Assembly (NCBI GenBank): GCA_044373665.1
Contig: JBIPNH010000005.1
Span: forward strand, 1-58,635
Direction: 5' to 3'
DNA: 58,635 bases
Origin: Bacteroidia bacterium
Lineage (GTDB): Bacteria; Bacteroidota; Bacteroidia; NS11-12g; UBA955
The notes below the pieces were generated by a model. The model was given only the letters and a program-made list of their open reading frames with translations, did not search any database and was not told where the DNA came from. A program made the position numbers and the translations under genes. This document shows, piece by piece, positions 25,324-35,268 of the stretch. How positions within the stretch are numbered: position 1 is the first letter of the stretch; every line of letters begins with the position of its first letter.

Positions 25324-25840
25324 AACCGTCATTCTGGAATTCGGCTTTGCGAATATTCAGAATCTTTTCATTAATGCTCCGCAATTCAGAAGATTCCGTA
25401 TAAACGCTCCCAACACAAACCCAATCCGCAGCGTTTTACGGAATGACTGATGTGGGAATAGTTCATAATTTTATCATTCGTGCTCTCAGAGTAACCGTCA
25501 TTCTGGAATTCGGCTTTGCGAATATTCAGAATCTTTTCATTAATGCTCCGCAATTCAGAAGATTCCGTATAAACGCTCCCAACACAAGCCAAATCCGCAG
25601 CGTTTTACGGAATGACTGATGTGTGAATAGCTCATAATTTTATCATTCGTGCTCTCAGAGTAACCGTCATCCTGAATAAAGTTCAGGACAGGTCTCTGGA
25701 ATTCGGCTTTGCGAATATGCAGAATCTTTTCATTAATGCTCCGCAATTCAGAAGATTCCGTATAAACGCTCCCAACACAAACCCAATCCGCAGCGTTTTA
25801 CGGAATGACTGATGTGGGAATAGTTCAGAATCTTATCATT
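25324..25840. repeat. Three tandem copies of a 169-bp hairpin-rich repeat
   Basis: Copies lie at 25324-25492, 25493-25661 and 25662-25840. The third carries a 24-bp insertion at 25671-25694 and is truncated at its 3' end. The copies differ at only a few positions. Each contains a 14-15 bp stem, ATTCCGTATAAACGC...GCGTTTTACGGAAT. Confidence 0.9.
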
Positions 25841-25884
25841 TTATCTCTTTTGCGGATAAAATAAAATAGTAACAATAAAGTTGT

Positions 25885-25892
25885 TATTTTTG
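25885..25892 (+). promoter_or_regulatory. Candidate -7 promoter box (TATTTTTG) for the msbA-like operon
   Basis: Exact TAnnTTTG match ending 9 nt before the ATG at 25902. Confidence 0.4.
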
Positions 25893-25901
25893 CCATTGTA
25901 A

Positions 25902-27719
25902 ATGAGTGCCATGTTACGCATATTGAAATTAATAGTGCCATTCAAAGGTTTAGCGCTTTTGAACATGGTTTTCAATTTAATTCAAATCGTGGCAGGTTTG
26001 TTTTCATTAGCGCTCATTATGCCTCTGTTAGACTTTATGTTTAATAACAACAAAGAATTGTTGGAGCGAAATTTGTCAAAAAAACAAGGGGGATTCAATG
26101 AATTCTACACCGACTTTATCAATTGGATGACACAATTGGTGCAAGATGACAAAAGACAAGCTTTACTATACATTAGTATTGCGCTTGTTTTGGCAACAGT
26201 TATCAAAAATATTTCACGCTATTTGGCGCTTTACTACTTAGTGATATTAAGAAATAAAGTAATTCAGGATATACGCAAAAAGGTTTTTAATAAAATGCTT
26301 GATTTGCCTATTTCATATTTTAGTAATGAAAGAAAAGGGGATTTAATATCGCGAATGAGTAATGATGTTAAGGAGGTTGAGTGGAGTTTAATGGCCTCTT
26401 TGGAAGCAATCTTTAAAGAACCTGTTACCATATTGGTTTACATTGCAACTTTGGTTTTTATGAGTCCTAAGTTAACCTTATTTGTAGTGGTTTTGTTACC
26501 CGTAGCGGGTGGTTCTATCGCTTTATTGGGCAAATCGTTAAGGAGGAAGTCTAAAAGAAATCAGGAACAACAAAGTTTGGTGCTTTCTTTCTTAGAAGAA
26601 TCAATTGGTGGAGTTAGAATTATCAAGGCTTTTGTTGTAGAATCTATTTTTAAGAAAAAATTTGCAGACATCAATCAGTCCGCAACTACAGCCAATATCA
26701 AAGTGAATCACAGGGGAGATATGGCATCACCAATTTCAGAAACTTTGGGTATTACAGTTGCAGCTGTCATTTTGTGGTTTGGTGGTAATATGGTTTTTAA
26801 TGAACAGCTAACGGGCTCTGCTTTTTTAGCTTATTTTGCTATTTTTAGTCAAGTTATTCCTCCTTTCAAACAATTGTCTAATGCTTTTCCAATGTTTCAA
26901 AGAGGGGCAGTTAGTATGGACAGATACGAAGAGATTTTAAATGCGGACATTAAAATACCTGAACCTGAAAATCCAGTAATTGTTGAACAATTTAATCACT
27001 CTATTGAATTTAACAATGTAAGTTTTTCATACGGTAAAGAAGAGGTTGTTAAGCAAGTTAGTTTTTCAATCCCAAAGAATAAAAAAATTGCATTGGTTGG
27101 TTCAAGTGGGAGTGGTAAAAGTACTTTAGCAGATTTATTGCCCCGTTTTTATGATGTTACTAAGGGTGAAATTACGATTGATGGTGTCAATGTCAAAGAT
27201 ATTTCTACACAACAATTGCGTTCTTTAATGGGCATAGTGACCCAAGAGGCTATATTGTTTAATGATACCATTGCCAATAATATTAAATTTGGTTTAGACA
27301 ATGTCAGTCAAGCGCAATTGGAAGAAGCCTGTAAAATGGCAAATGCCTTAGATTTTATTAATGAAACTGAACATCAGTTTGAAACTGTAATAGGAGAGAG
27401 GGGTAGTAAATTGAGTGGTGGTCAAAGACAAAGAATAGCCATTGCCCGTGCTTTGCTTAGAAATCCTCAAATCTTAATTTTAGATGAAGCAACAAGTGCA
27501 TTGGACAATGAAAGTGAAAGATTGGTCCAAGAAGCGCTCGACCATTTAAAAGAGGGTCGAACCAGTTTGGTTATTGCCCATAGATTAAGTACTATCAAAG
27601 ATGCAGATGAGATTATTATTTTAAAACATGGTAAAATAATAGAACGAGGAAATCATTATGATTTAATGACTCGAGAAGGAGTTTATTATAATTTGGCTAG
27701 AATGACAGAAGGTTTTTAA
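25902..27719 (+). CDS. msbA: ABC exporter, MsbA-like (lipid A/LPS flippase type)
   Basis: 605 aa with a six-helix TMD and a canonical NBD (GSSGSGKST, LSGGQRQRIAIAR, ILILDEATSALD, VIAHRL). The msbA symbol is assigned from family resemblance and the waaA gene downstream. Confidence 0.75.
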   Translation: MSAMLRILKLIVPFKGLALLNMVFNLIQIVAGLFSLALIMPLLDFMFNNNKELLERNLSKKQGGFNEFYTDFINWMTQLVQDDKRQALLYISIALVLATVIKNISRYLALYYLVILRNKVIQDIRKKVFNKMLDLPISYFSNERKGDLISRMSNDVKEVEWSLMASLEAIFKEPVTILVYIATLVFMSPKLTLFVVVLLPVAGGSIALLGKSLRRKSKRNQEQQSLVLSFLEESIGGVRIIKAFVVESIFKKKFADINQSATTANIKVNHRGDMASPISETLGITVAAVILWFGGNMVFNEQLTGSAFLAYFAIFSQVIPPFKQLSNAFPMFQRGAVSMDRYEEILNADIKIPEPENPVIVEQFNHSIEFNNVSFSYGKEEVVKQVSFSIPKNKKIALVGSSGSGKSTLADLLPRFYDVTKGEITIDGVNVKDISTQQLRSLMGIVTQEAILFNDTIANNIKFGLDNVSQAQLEEACKMANALDFINETEHQFETVIGERGSKLSGGQRQRIAIARALLRNPQILILDEATSALDNESERLVQEALDHLKEGRTSLVIAHRLSTIKDADEIIILKHGKIIERGNHYDLMTREGVYYNLARMTEGF

Positions 27720-27777
27720 GTCCTTAATGATAGTTTTGAAAATGAATTTTATTTGAAAGAATTCTTATATTTGTTGA

Positions 27778-28551
27778 ATGTTACTCAGGTTTTTTATATT
27801 AATTAATTGTTTTATAAGTATTGTATTGTCAGCACAAAAGATGGCTGAAAAAAAAGACTATCGAAATACGTTGTTGATGGGAATTACTTATGGCCGTCAA
27901 CAATCCATAGGTGTCTTAAATGAAAGGTTTGGCGGTAGTAATACTGTTGGACTTAATACTAGTTATAAATTTGGTAAAAACTGGCAGGCTAGTTTTCAAC
28001 TTAATACTTTGTTTGGTTCTGTAGTCAAAGAAAATGGAATGTTTGATTCTATCAGTAAAAATGGAACCGACTTGTTGGATGTAAATGGAAATTTTGCTGA
28101 AATTAGGTTGTATCAACGCGGCTATATGTGGCATTTTGATTTTGGGAAAGTAATTCCATTGTCGCCTTTAAACAAAAATTCGGGTTTATTAATGACCGCA
28201 GGTTTGGGTTTTATGGAACACAAAATCAAGTTTTTTTATCAAAGAGACGTATTGCCACAATTGGAAAATGGCTATTTTAAAGGATACGATAGGTTGACTA
28301 ATGGTTTTATGTGGAGAGGATTTGTAGGTTATCAAAGGATTGATGATGAGCAGATGTTGAACTTTATTGCAGGCCTTGAATGGATGCATGGTTTAACTCA
28401 AAGTAGACGTTCTTTTGATTTTGATACCAGAAAAGCTGATTTACGCCAAAGGAATGATTTGTTAATTGGTCTGAAAATTGGGGTAATGATTGCCATTCAA
28501 GGGAGAAAAGCAGGTGCCAAAAAAGGACAAGAAGAAAGGTACTTTGATTGA
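27778..28551 (+). CDS. Secreted, probable outer-membrane beta-barrel protein of unknown function
   Basis: 257 aa with a signal peptide (MLLRFFILINCFISIVLSAQ). It has alternating aromatic/Gly-rich strands. It overlaps the waaA start by 4 nt. Confidence 0.5.
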   Translation: MLLRFFILINCFISIVLSAQKMAEKKDYRNTLLMGITYGRQQSIGVLNERFGGSNTVGLNTSYKFGKNWQASFQLNTLFGSVVKENGMFDSISKNGTDLLDVNGNFAEIRLYQRGYMWHFDFGKVIPLSPLNKNSGLLMTAGLGFMEHKIKFFYQRDVLPQLENGYFKGYDRLTNGFMWRGFVGYQRIDDEQMLNFIAGLEWMHGLTQSRRSFDFDTRKADLRQRNDLLIGLKIGVMIAIQGRKAGAKKGQEERYFD

Positions 28552-29774
28552 TGCGTTATTTGTACACTTTTCTGTTAACTATAGCAGATGCTTGTTTGCC
28601 TTTGGCCGCTTTATTGTTAAGGAAAGGAAAGACACACACATTTGTTGCAGGTAGAATAGCCCAAAGGGAAATTAATTTGCCCGAAAAAATAGGACAACGA
28701 ATATGGATTCATTGCGCCAGTTTAGGTGAATTTGAACAAGTAAAGCCAATTATAGAAAGCATAAAACACCAACAAAACTGTCAAATAGTAGTTAGTTTTT
28801 TTTCTCCGTCAGGGTATCAATATTCTCAAAATTATCCATTTGTTGATGCAGTGCTTTATTTGCCATTAGATACTCCACGAAATGCCGAAAGATTTATCAA
28901 AGCAATTAATCCCGATAAGGTCATCTTTGTCAAATACGAATTTTGGTTTCACTTTTTAACAGAATTGTTTGCCAAAGACATTCCGGTTTATTTGGTTTCT
29001 GCGGTTTTTAGACCCAATCAGTTTCTGTTTTCTAAATTTGGGAAATGGTTGTTTCGATTATTGCCAAAGTACAAATCCATCTTTGTGCAAGATAAAAATT
29101 CATTAGATTGTTTGATTTCTCATGGGATTAATAATACAATATTGTCTGGAGATACCAGATATGACAAGGTTTACTATACTTCGTTGAATGTAAAAACGAA
29201 TCCAATTATCGAAGCCTTTAAAGGCAAATCTACTTTATTGATTATAGGAAGCAGTTGGTCTGCGGAGGAAGATTTGTTGCTGCATTATTTGTCAAAGGGA
29301 AATGAAATTAAGTTAAAAATTCTTATTGCCCCACATGACATATCGCAAGGACATATCAATGAAATTTTACATAAGTTTAAAGACATTACGCCATTACTTT
29401 ATTCAAAATTAAAACCAACAGATTCCATGTCTCAAGTCATGGTTTTAGATACTATTGGACATTTAGCAAGTGCTTATTATTACGGGAATGTGGCCTTAGT
29501 TGGTGGGGCATTTGGTAAGGGATTGCATAATATTTTGGAGCCCATAGCCTTTGGCGTTCCTGTGATTTTTGGTCCTCATACTCAAAAGTATCCTGAGGCA
29601 CAATTAGCGATTAACAATCAAATTGCTATTCAGGTAAATACCGCAGAGGAGTTTGTAAATGCATTAGAAGGATTAATGAACAATCCACCCAAACAAGCGT
29701 GTTTGGAATTTATAAAATCGAATAAAGGGGCGAGTGAAATTGTGGTAAAGGAATTGTTGAATTTAAAACAATGA
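28548..29774 (+). CDS. waaA: 3-deoxy-D-manno-octulosonic acid (Kdo) transferase
   Basis: 408 aa with an N-terminal anchor. Motifs [26 protein letters not shown] and [14 protein letters not shown] are typical of KdtA/WaaA. Confidence 0.9.
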   Translation: MMRYLYTFLLTIADACLPLAALLLRKGKTHTFVAGRIAQREINLPEKIGQRIWIHCASLGEFEQVKPIIESIKHQQNCQIVVSFFSPSGYQYSQNYPFVDAVLYLPLDTPRNAERFIKAINPDKVIFVKYEFWFHFLTELFAKDIPVYLVSAVFRPNQFLFSKFGKWLFRLLPKYKSIFVQDKNSLDCLISHGINNTILSGDTRYDKVYYTSLNVKTNPIIEAFKGKSTLLIIGSSWSAEEDLLLHYLSKGNEIKLKILIAPHDISQGHINEILHKFKDITPLLYSKLKPTDSMSQVMVLDTIGHLASAYYYGNVALVGGAFGKGLHNILEPIAFGVPVIFGPHTQKYPEAQLAINNQIAIQVNTAEEFVNALEGLMNNPPKQACLEFIKSNKGASEIVVKELLNLKQ

Positions 29775-30788
29775 GTTCCCTTTACTGTAGTGAACTCTAC
29801 CGAGGTGTTTAAAGGCTAATTCTGTTGCTTCACGTCCTCTAGCAGTACGCATTAAATAGCCTTCTTGAATCAAGAATGGTTCATAAACCTCTTCAATCGT
29901 TCCCGGTTCTTCACCTACAGCGGTGGCAATAGTATTTAATCCAACAGGTCCACCTTTAAATTTGTCTATTATTGTGCTTAAAATGCGGTTGTCCATTTCA
30001 TCCAAACCATTGTAATCCACATTTAGGGCATCAAGTGCTATTTTGGCAATAGTCATATCAATATTGCCACTTCCTTTTATTTGAGCAAAATCTCTTGTTC
30101 TTCTTAATAAAGCATTGGCAATACGAGGGGTTCCACGACTTCTTCTAGCAATTTCGTAGGCTGCTTCATTAACGATAGGAATATTGATAATTCCCGAGGA
30201 TCGGGTAATGATTTTTGCTAACAAATCGGTGTTATAATATTCCAAACGGTTGGTAATACCAAAACGGGCTCTCAGAGGAGAAGTTAACAATCCTGAACGG
30301 GTGGTTGCTCCAACTAAAGTGAAAGGTGCCAAACTGATTTGAACACTTCGCGCACTTGGACCACTGTCCAGCATAATATCAATTTTATAATCCTCCATAG
30401 CGGAATATAAATATTCTTCAACGACCGGACTTAAACGGTGGATTTCATCAATAAACAACACATCGCCTTCTTCAAGATTGGTTAACAATCCAGCTAAATC
30501 TCCAGGTTTCTCCAACACAGGTCCGCTAGTAATTTTTATATTACTGTTTAATTCATTGGCGATAATGTTAGCTAAGGTTGTTTTTCCTAATCCTGGAGGG
30601 CCGTGTAATAAAACATGGTCCAATGCTTCGCCCCTTTGAACGGCTGCTTTTACAAATATTTTTAGATTTTCTAAAATCTTGTCTTGACCCGCAAAATCAT
30701 CAAAATTTGCCGGTCTTAATACCTTCTCAATGTCTTTGTCCGTAGAACTTAATTGTTCGGAGTCTGGATTTAAATGCTCGTTTTTCAT
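29763..30788 (-). CDS. ruvB: Holliday junction branch migration helicase RuvB
   Basis: 341 aa with [40 protein letters not shown] and [17 protein letters not shown]. Confidence 0.95.
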   Translation of the reverse strand: MKNEHLNPDSEQLSSTDKDIEKVLRPANFDDFAGQDKILENLKIFVKAAVQRGEALDHVLLHGPPGLGKTTLANIIANELNSNIKITSGPVLEKPGDLAGLLTNLEEGDVLFIDEIHRLSPVVEEYLYSAMEDYKIDIMLDSGPSARSVQISLAPFTLVGATTRSGLLTSPLRARFGITNRLEYYNTDLLAKIITRSSGIINIPIVNEAAYEIARRSRGTPRIANALLRRTRDFAQIKGSGNIDMTIAKIALDALNVDYNGLDEMDNRILSTIIDKFKGGPVGLNTIATAVGEEPGTIEEVYEPFLIQEGYLMRTARGREATELAFKHLGRVHYSKGNSLF

Positions 30789-30796
30789 CCTTTACA

Positions 30797-30804
30797 CAAA
30801 GGTA
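30797..30804 (-). promoter_or_regulatory. Candidate -7 promoter box (TACCTTTG) for ruvB
   Basis: Exact TAnnTTTG match on the minus strand, 8 nt upstream of the ATG at 30788. Confidence 0.4.
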
Positions 30805-30967
30805 GGGCATTGTTTAATCAATCCAAAAATTGATATTCACATTTCATTGTGTTTTCTATCGTTATGTTTTGACACGTTTTCATTCTTTCAAAGAGATAAA
30901 GCAACTTTTTGTCTTTTTTTTGCTACTTAATAAATAAATTGCACGAAATTTGTTATCCAATATAAAA

Positions 30968-32056
30968 ATGAAATTTTTAATTACTGCTACCTTTTTAATG
31001 TTGTTTCAACTCACCTTTTCACAGGTTAACAACGCTATTCTCTTTGATAAAATGATTCACGATTTTGGTGATGTGAACGAGGAAAGTAATGAAGTTACTT
31101 GTGTTTTTACATTTAAAAATACCTCTGACCAACCAATCAAAATATTAAGAGTCGAAACCAGTTGTGGTTGCACTACGCCTCAATATTCTCGAGAAGATAT
31201 CAACCCTGGTGACAGTGGAATAATTAAAGCGGTTTATGGAACCCGAGGAAGACCTAATAGTTTTAACAAGAATCTTTATGTCCATTTTTCTAACTCTACA
31301 GCATTTCAAACCTTGGTTATTAAGGGAAATGTAATTCCTGCAGCAAATATTGCAAAAAAACCACAAGAGTACACCACCAATTATTCTAATTTGTCATTTA
31401 ATCAAACGATAGCTTCTTTTCCTAAGTTAACAAAATACCAAATATTACATTCAAAAATAAAAATATACAATTACAATGGTTATCCAATCAAAATAATAGG
31501 AGTTAAATCATTGCCCGACTATGTAACTTTAGATTTGCAAGACAGTATTTTAGATGTCGATGATTCATTGGTTATAACTGTAACTTGTGATGGAAGTAAG
31601 GTAACAAAGATTGGGGATAATTATGAGCAAATTTCTTTGTTAACAGATGATGAAGGAAGTGATATAAAAAGTATTTATGTTCACACAAATTTGCGCGAAG
31701 ATTACTCAAAATTATCGGCAAAAGAGTTAGCAATGGCACCTGTTTTACAAATTGACAAAACATTGCCTTTGGATTATGGTGTTAAAACAGCAGGGGCTAG
31801 ATTCAAAGATGTCATAGTGATTACTAATAAAGGGAAAAAAGATTTAGATATAATTAAAATAATTCCAAGTTGTTCATGTATTTCTTTTACAATTGCGAAT
31901 CAGAAAGTAAAGCCAAACGAGTCTGTAAAATTGTTTATTAATATAGATACAGTCAATCAATCAATTGCATTACATAATAAGTACTTAACAATTATCAGCA
32001 ATGATCCTAAGAAACCTGAAATGAGTATTAAAATGATTATGGATATTAGACATTAA
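30968..32056 (+). CDS. DUF1573-repeat secreted protein
   Basis: Start placed at the ATG at 30968 (MKFLITATFLMLFQLTFSQ, signal peptide). It has HDFGDV...ILRVETSCGCTTP and a second IIPSCSCISF unit, which are DUF1573 signatures. Confidence 0.75.
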   Translation: MKFLITATFLMLFQLTFSQVNNAILFDKMIHDFGDVNEESNEVTCVFTFKNTSDQPIKILRVETSCGCTTPQYSREDINPGDSGIIKAVYGTRGRPNSFNKNLYVHFSNSTAFQTLVIKGNVIPAANIAKKPQEYTTNYSNLSFNQTIASFPKLTKYQILHSKIKIYNYNGYPIKIIGVKSLPDYVTLDLQDSILDVDDSLVITVTCDGSKVTKIGDNYEQISLLTDDEGSDIKSIYVHTNLREDYSKLSAKELAMAPVLQIDKTLPLDYGVKTAGARFKDVIVITNKGKKDLDIIKIIPSCSCISFTIANQKVKPNESVKLFINIDTVNQSIALHNKYLTIISNDPKKPEMSIKMIMDIRH

Positions 32057-32064
32057 TTATAGGT

Positions 32065-33489
32065 ATGAAAAAATTGATATTAAACGGAGTTTTGTCACTT
32101 GTTTTTGGTGTTACAGGTGCTTTTTTATTTCAATATTTTAATTCAAATTCCCAAGAAAACACCATTAGTTTACAAGATTTAAGAGCTACTTTAGTTAATT
32201 ACAATGGAACAGCTACAGAACAAAGTTTAAATTTTGTATTAGCGTCTAAAGTAAGTACACCAAGTGTTGTTTTTATTAAAACTACGGCAATGGTAAGGCA
32301 ACGCAATCCTTTTGGTTTTTTCTTTGATGGTTGGGATCCATTTGGAAGTATTGGTCAGGTTAGTAGTACAGGTAGCGGAGTTATTGTTAGGAAAGATGGT
32401 TACATAGTAACAAACTTACATGTAATTAAAGATGCTGAAACTATTGAGGTAGTTCTTAATAATAAGAAAAAAACATACAAAGCAACTTTAATTGGTACCG
32501 ATCCTTCTACAGATTTGGCTTTGCTTAAAATTGAAGCGGAATCATTGCCCGCTATTGCTATTGCTGATTCAGATAATTTAGAAATTGGAGAATGGGTTGT
32601 GGCGGTAGGTAATCCGTTCAATCTTACGTCAACTGTTACAGCAGGAATTGTAAGTGCCAAAGGCAGAAATATTAATGTGGTTAATAATCAGTTTCCAATT
32701 GAATCTTTTATTCAAACTGATGCTGCAATTAATCCAGGAAATAGTGGAGGCGCTTTGGTGAATTTAAATGGGGAGTTAGTGGGAATTAATACAGCTATTT
32801 TTAGTAAAACAGGAAGTTACACCGGTTATGGTTTTGCTATTCCTGCCAACATTGTATCTAAATCAGTAAAAGATTTAATTGATTTTGGGGAAATTCAACG
32901 TGGATATCACGGAATGGAAATAGACGAAATTACAGAAAGTAGTGAACGAATTAATAAAACAACAAATGGTGCACTTGTCGTAAAAGTATATCCTGATGGT
33001 CCTGCAAGTAAAGCAGGTTTATTGAAAGATGATATTATAGTTAAAATTCAAAATAAAACAATTTCAGGTAAGTCGTCTTTTGATGAGAATATGTCGTATT
33101 ACAGACCGGGTGATAAGCTCAAAATTAATGTTATTAGAAATGGTTCTGAAAAGGAAATAACCTTAACTTTAACCAATTTGGATGGTGAAACTTCCATAAG
33201 AAAGCGCCATGTTATAACTTCAGAAAAATTAGGGGCAAGTTTTGAGGCATTATCAAAGGTTGAATTGCAAAAGTACAGAATTCAAAATGGTGTTAAAGTG
33301 ACACAAGTTAGGGGAGGTTTAATAGGGAGTATGAACATTGAAGAGGGTTTTATTTTTGTAAAATACAATGGTCAGCCTTGTGTAAGTCCCGAAGATTTGG
33401 TAAAGCAGCTTGAAAATGCAGGAGGTAGGATGCAAATAGAAGGCGTAGGTGCCGATGGTGGAAGTAGAATTTATAATTTTTATTACTAA
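32065..33489 (+). CDS. HtrA/DegP/DegQ-family serine endoprotease with PDZ domains
   Basis: 474 aa. The catalytic triad contexts are TNLHVI, DLALLKI and GNSGGALVN. The C-terminal region is PDZ-like. Confidence 0.9.
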   Translation: MKKLILNGVLSLVFGVTGAFLFQYFNSNSQENTISLQDLRATLVNYNGTATEQSLNFVLASKVSTPSVVFIKTTAMVRQRNPFGFFFDGWDPFGSIGQVSSTGSGVIVRKDGYIVTNLHVIKDAETIEVVLNNKKKTYKATLIGTDPSTDLALLKIEAESLPAIAIADSDNLEIGEWVVAVGNPFNLTSTVTAGIVSAKGRNINVVNNQFPIESFIQTDAAINPGNSGGALVNLNGELVGINTAIFSKTGSYTGYGFAIPANIVSKSVKDLIDFGEIQRGYHGMEIDEITESSERINKTTNGALVVKVYPDGPASKAGLLKDDIIVKIQNKTISGKSSFDENMSYYRPGDKLKINVIRNGSEKEITLTLTNLDGETSIRKRHVITSEKLGASFEALSKVELQKYRIQNGVKVTQVRGGLIGSMNIEEGFIFVKYNGQPCVSPEDLVKQLENAGGRMQIEGVGADGGSRIYNFYY

Positions 33490-33543
33490 ATAAGTAATCC
33501 ATCAACAAACAAATTAACTCAATTGCTAAGTAGAACTATTTGC

Positions 33544-33909
33544 TTAAAATTTGGGAAAAAAAGCATCAACAATGTGATGTACTTCTTCTTGTTTCTTGTT
33601 GCTGATAATGCTGATAATGTCATAGCGAATTTCAACATCGCTTAGTTTTTTTACATAACAGTAATAATCTGCAATTTTGGCAAGACTTTTTTGTTGAGTT
33701 GGACTTACAAATTTTTCTGGATAGCCAAAAAAACTACTCGTCCTTGTTTTCACTTCAATAAAAACCAATAGCGTGCCTATTTTGGCTATAATATCAACCT
33801 CGTTTTTACCTGAACGCCAATTGCGCTCAAGAATTACATAGCCATTTTTAATTAAAAATGCACAAGCAATATCTTCCCCATTTTTGCCCGTAATATTATG
33901 TTGGGCCAT
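33544..33909 (-). CDS. yraN: YraN-family (UPF0102) endonuclease-like protein
   Basis: 121 aa with GEDIACAFLIKNGYVILERNWR...EVDIIAK...LVFIEVKTR, the UPF0102 PD-(D/E)XK pattern. Confidence 0.8.
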   Translation of the reverse strand: MAQHNITGKNGEDIACAFLIKNGYVILERNWRSGKNEVDIIAKIGTLLVFIEVKTRTSSFFGYPEKFVSPTQQKSLAKIADYYCYVKKLSDVEIRYDIISIISNKKQEEVHHIVDAFFPKF

Positions 33910-33916
33910 ACACCTT

Positions 33917-35260
33917 TTAGTCTACGTTATTATGAAGATATTTGTTGCCACCTTCCTTAAATCTAGGGGCTTTGTTGTCTTTCTCTTCTTCTAAAAATAC
34001 GTTTGATACATCGCCATCTTTTGAAAGTTCTTCAAAAATAACTTCATGTCTTAAATAAGCAGGGGTATTTAAATCGTTCTTGTTAATAGGTTTTTGTAAC
34101 CCTTTATCAAAAATTGGAATTGTAGTCGTCGTTCTAAAATCGAATTCATTCGGTTTGGGAACCTCTTTCTGAATGGGTTTTTCTAAATTTGTAAAGTCTA
34201 TTTCTATAACACCCGATTCTTCATCTTCGATGATTTCCTCAATTTTTTTCTCAGTTTTAAAAACATTTAAATTTTCTAAATGAACAATGTTTCTGTTTTT
34301 TTCAAAACCTGTAGCAACTACAGTTACAGACAACTCGTCACCTAAACCTTCGCTTTGTGTTAAGCCATATTTTAAATTAGCATTTTTGCCAGCTTCTTGT
34401 TGTAAGAATTCGCAAATTGCCGAAATTTCATTGGTATAAGGTTCTTCATTTCCAAAACAGATATTCAATAAAATGTGTTCTGCCCCTTCTATGCTGTTAT
34501 CGTCGAGAAGTGGAGAGTCTAATGCCATTTGTGCAGCATTTAATGCGCGATTGTCTCCTGTAGATAAGCCAGTACCCATAATAGCTCTTCCGCTGTTCTC
34601 CAATGCGGTTTTAACATCTCTGAAATCCACATTCATGTATCCTTCTACTGTTATAATTTCTGCAATACCTTTTACAGCAGTGCATAAAATATCGTCAGCT
34701 TTACTCAATGATTCTCTAATTCTCAAGTTAGAATACATTTGAATGATACGTTCATTGTTTATCACCAAAAGTGCATCAACATGCGGTTTTAATTCTTCAA
34801 TCCCTTTTTCAGCTTTATCTGATTTTAAAGGACCTTCGTTTTTGAATGGTTTGGTCACTATGCCGACAGTAAGAATTCCCATTTGTTTTGCTTTTTGAGC
34901 AATAACAGGAGCAGCACCTGTTCCAGTTCCACCTCCCATACCGGCGGTTATAAACAACATTTTGGTATTGTGTTTAAGCGCTTCTTCTATGTGGTTAATG
35001 CTTTCTAAAGCACATCTTTTTCCAAATTCAGGATCTCCTCCTGCGCCCAAGCCTTCGGTTAAACTACTGCCTAACTGAATTTTATTTTTTATTGGGCTTT
35101 TTTCAAGATGTTGCGCATCGGTATTGCATAAAAAGAAATCAACCCCTATAATACCTCTGTTGTGCATATAGTTTACAGCATTACTGCCACCACCGCCAAC
35201 TCCCATTACTTTTATAATAGAGGATTGTTCTTTTGGTAATTCTACTTTAAAATAACTCAT
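33917..35260 (-). CDS. ftsZ: Cell division GTPase FtsZ
   Basis: 447 aa with GVGGGGSNAVN and GMGGGTGTGAAPV tubulin signatures. A long disordered linker is followed by a short conserved C-terminal tail. Confidence 0.95.
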   Translation of the reverse strand: MSYFKVELPKEQSSIIKVMGVGGGGSNAVNYMHNRGIIGVDFFLCNTDAQHLEKSPIKNKIQLGSSLTEGLGAGGDPEFGKRCALESINHIEEALKHNTKMLFITAGMGGGTGTGAAPVIAQKAKQMGILTVGIVTKPFKNEGPLKSDKAEKGIEELKPHVDALLVINNERIIQMYSNLRIRESLSKADDILCTAVKGIAEIITVEGYMNVDFRDVKTALENSGRAIMGTGLSTGDNRALNAAQMALDSPLLDDNSIEGAEHILLNICFGNEEPYTNEISAICEFLQQEAGKNANLKYGLTQSEGLGDELSVTVVATGFEKNRNIVHLENLNVFKTEKKIEEIIEDEESGVIEIDFTNLEKPIQKEVPKPNEFDFRTTTTIPIFDKGLQKPINKNDLNTPAYLRHEVIFEELSKDGDVSNVFLEEEKDNKAPRFKEGGNKYLHNNVD

Positions 35261-35268
35261 AATTTTTA

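Noticed and set aside
25386-25746. Two minus-strand ORFs (68 and 63 aa) with near-identical sequences ending ...CWERLYGIF
   Set aside because: Both lie entirely inside the 169-bp tandem repeat, and at least the 63-aa ORF has only a TTG start. The period is not divisible by 3. The few differences between copies that I checked are amino-acid changing. Their similarity simply reflects nucleotide identity of the repeat.
25324-25840. Possible CRISPR array
   Set aside because: The repeat unit is 169 bp, the copies are directly abutting and there are no unique spacers. No cas genes are in the window. The architecture is a tandem satellite-like repeat, not a repeat-spacer array.
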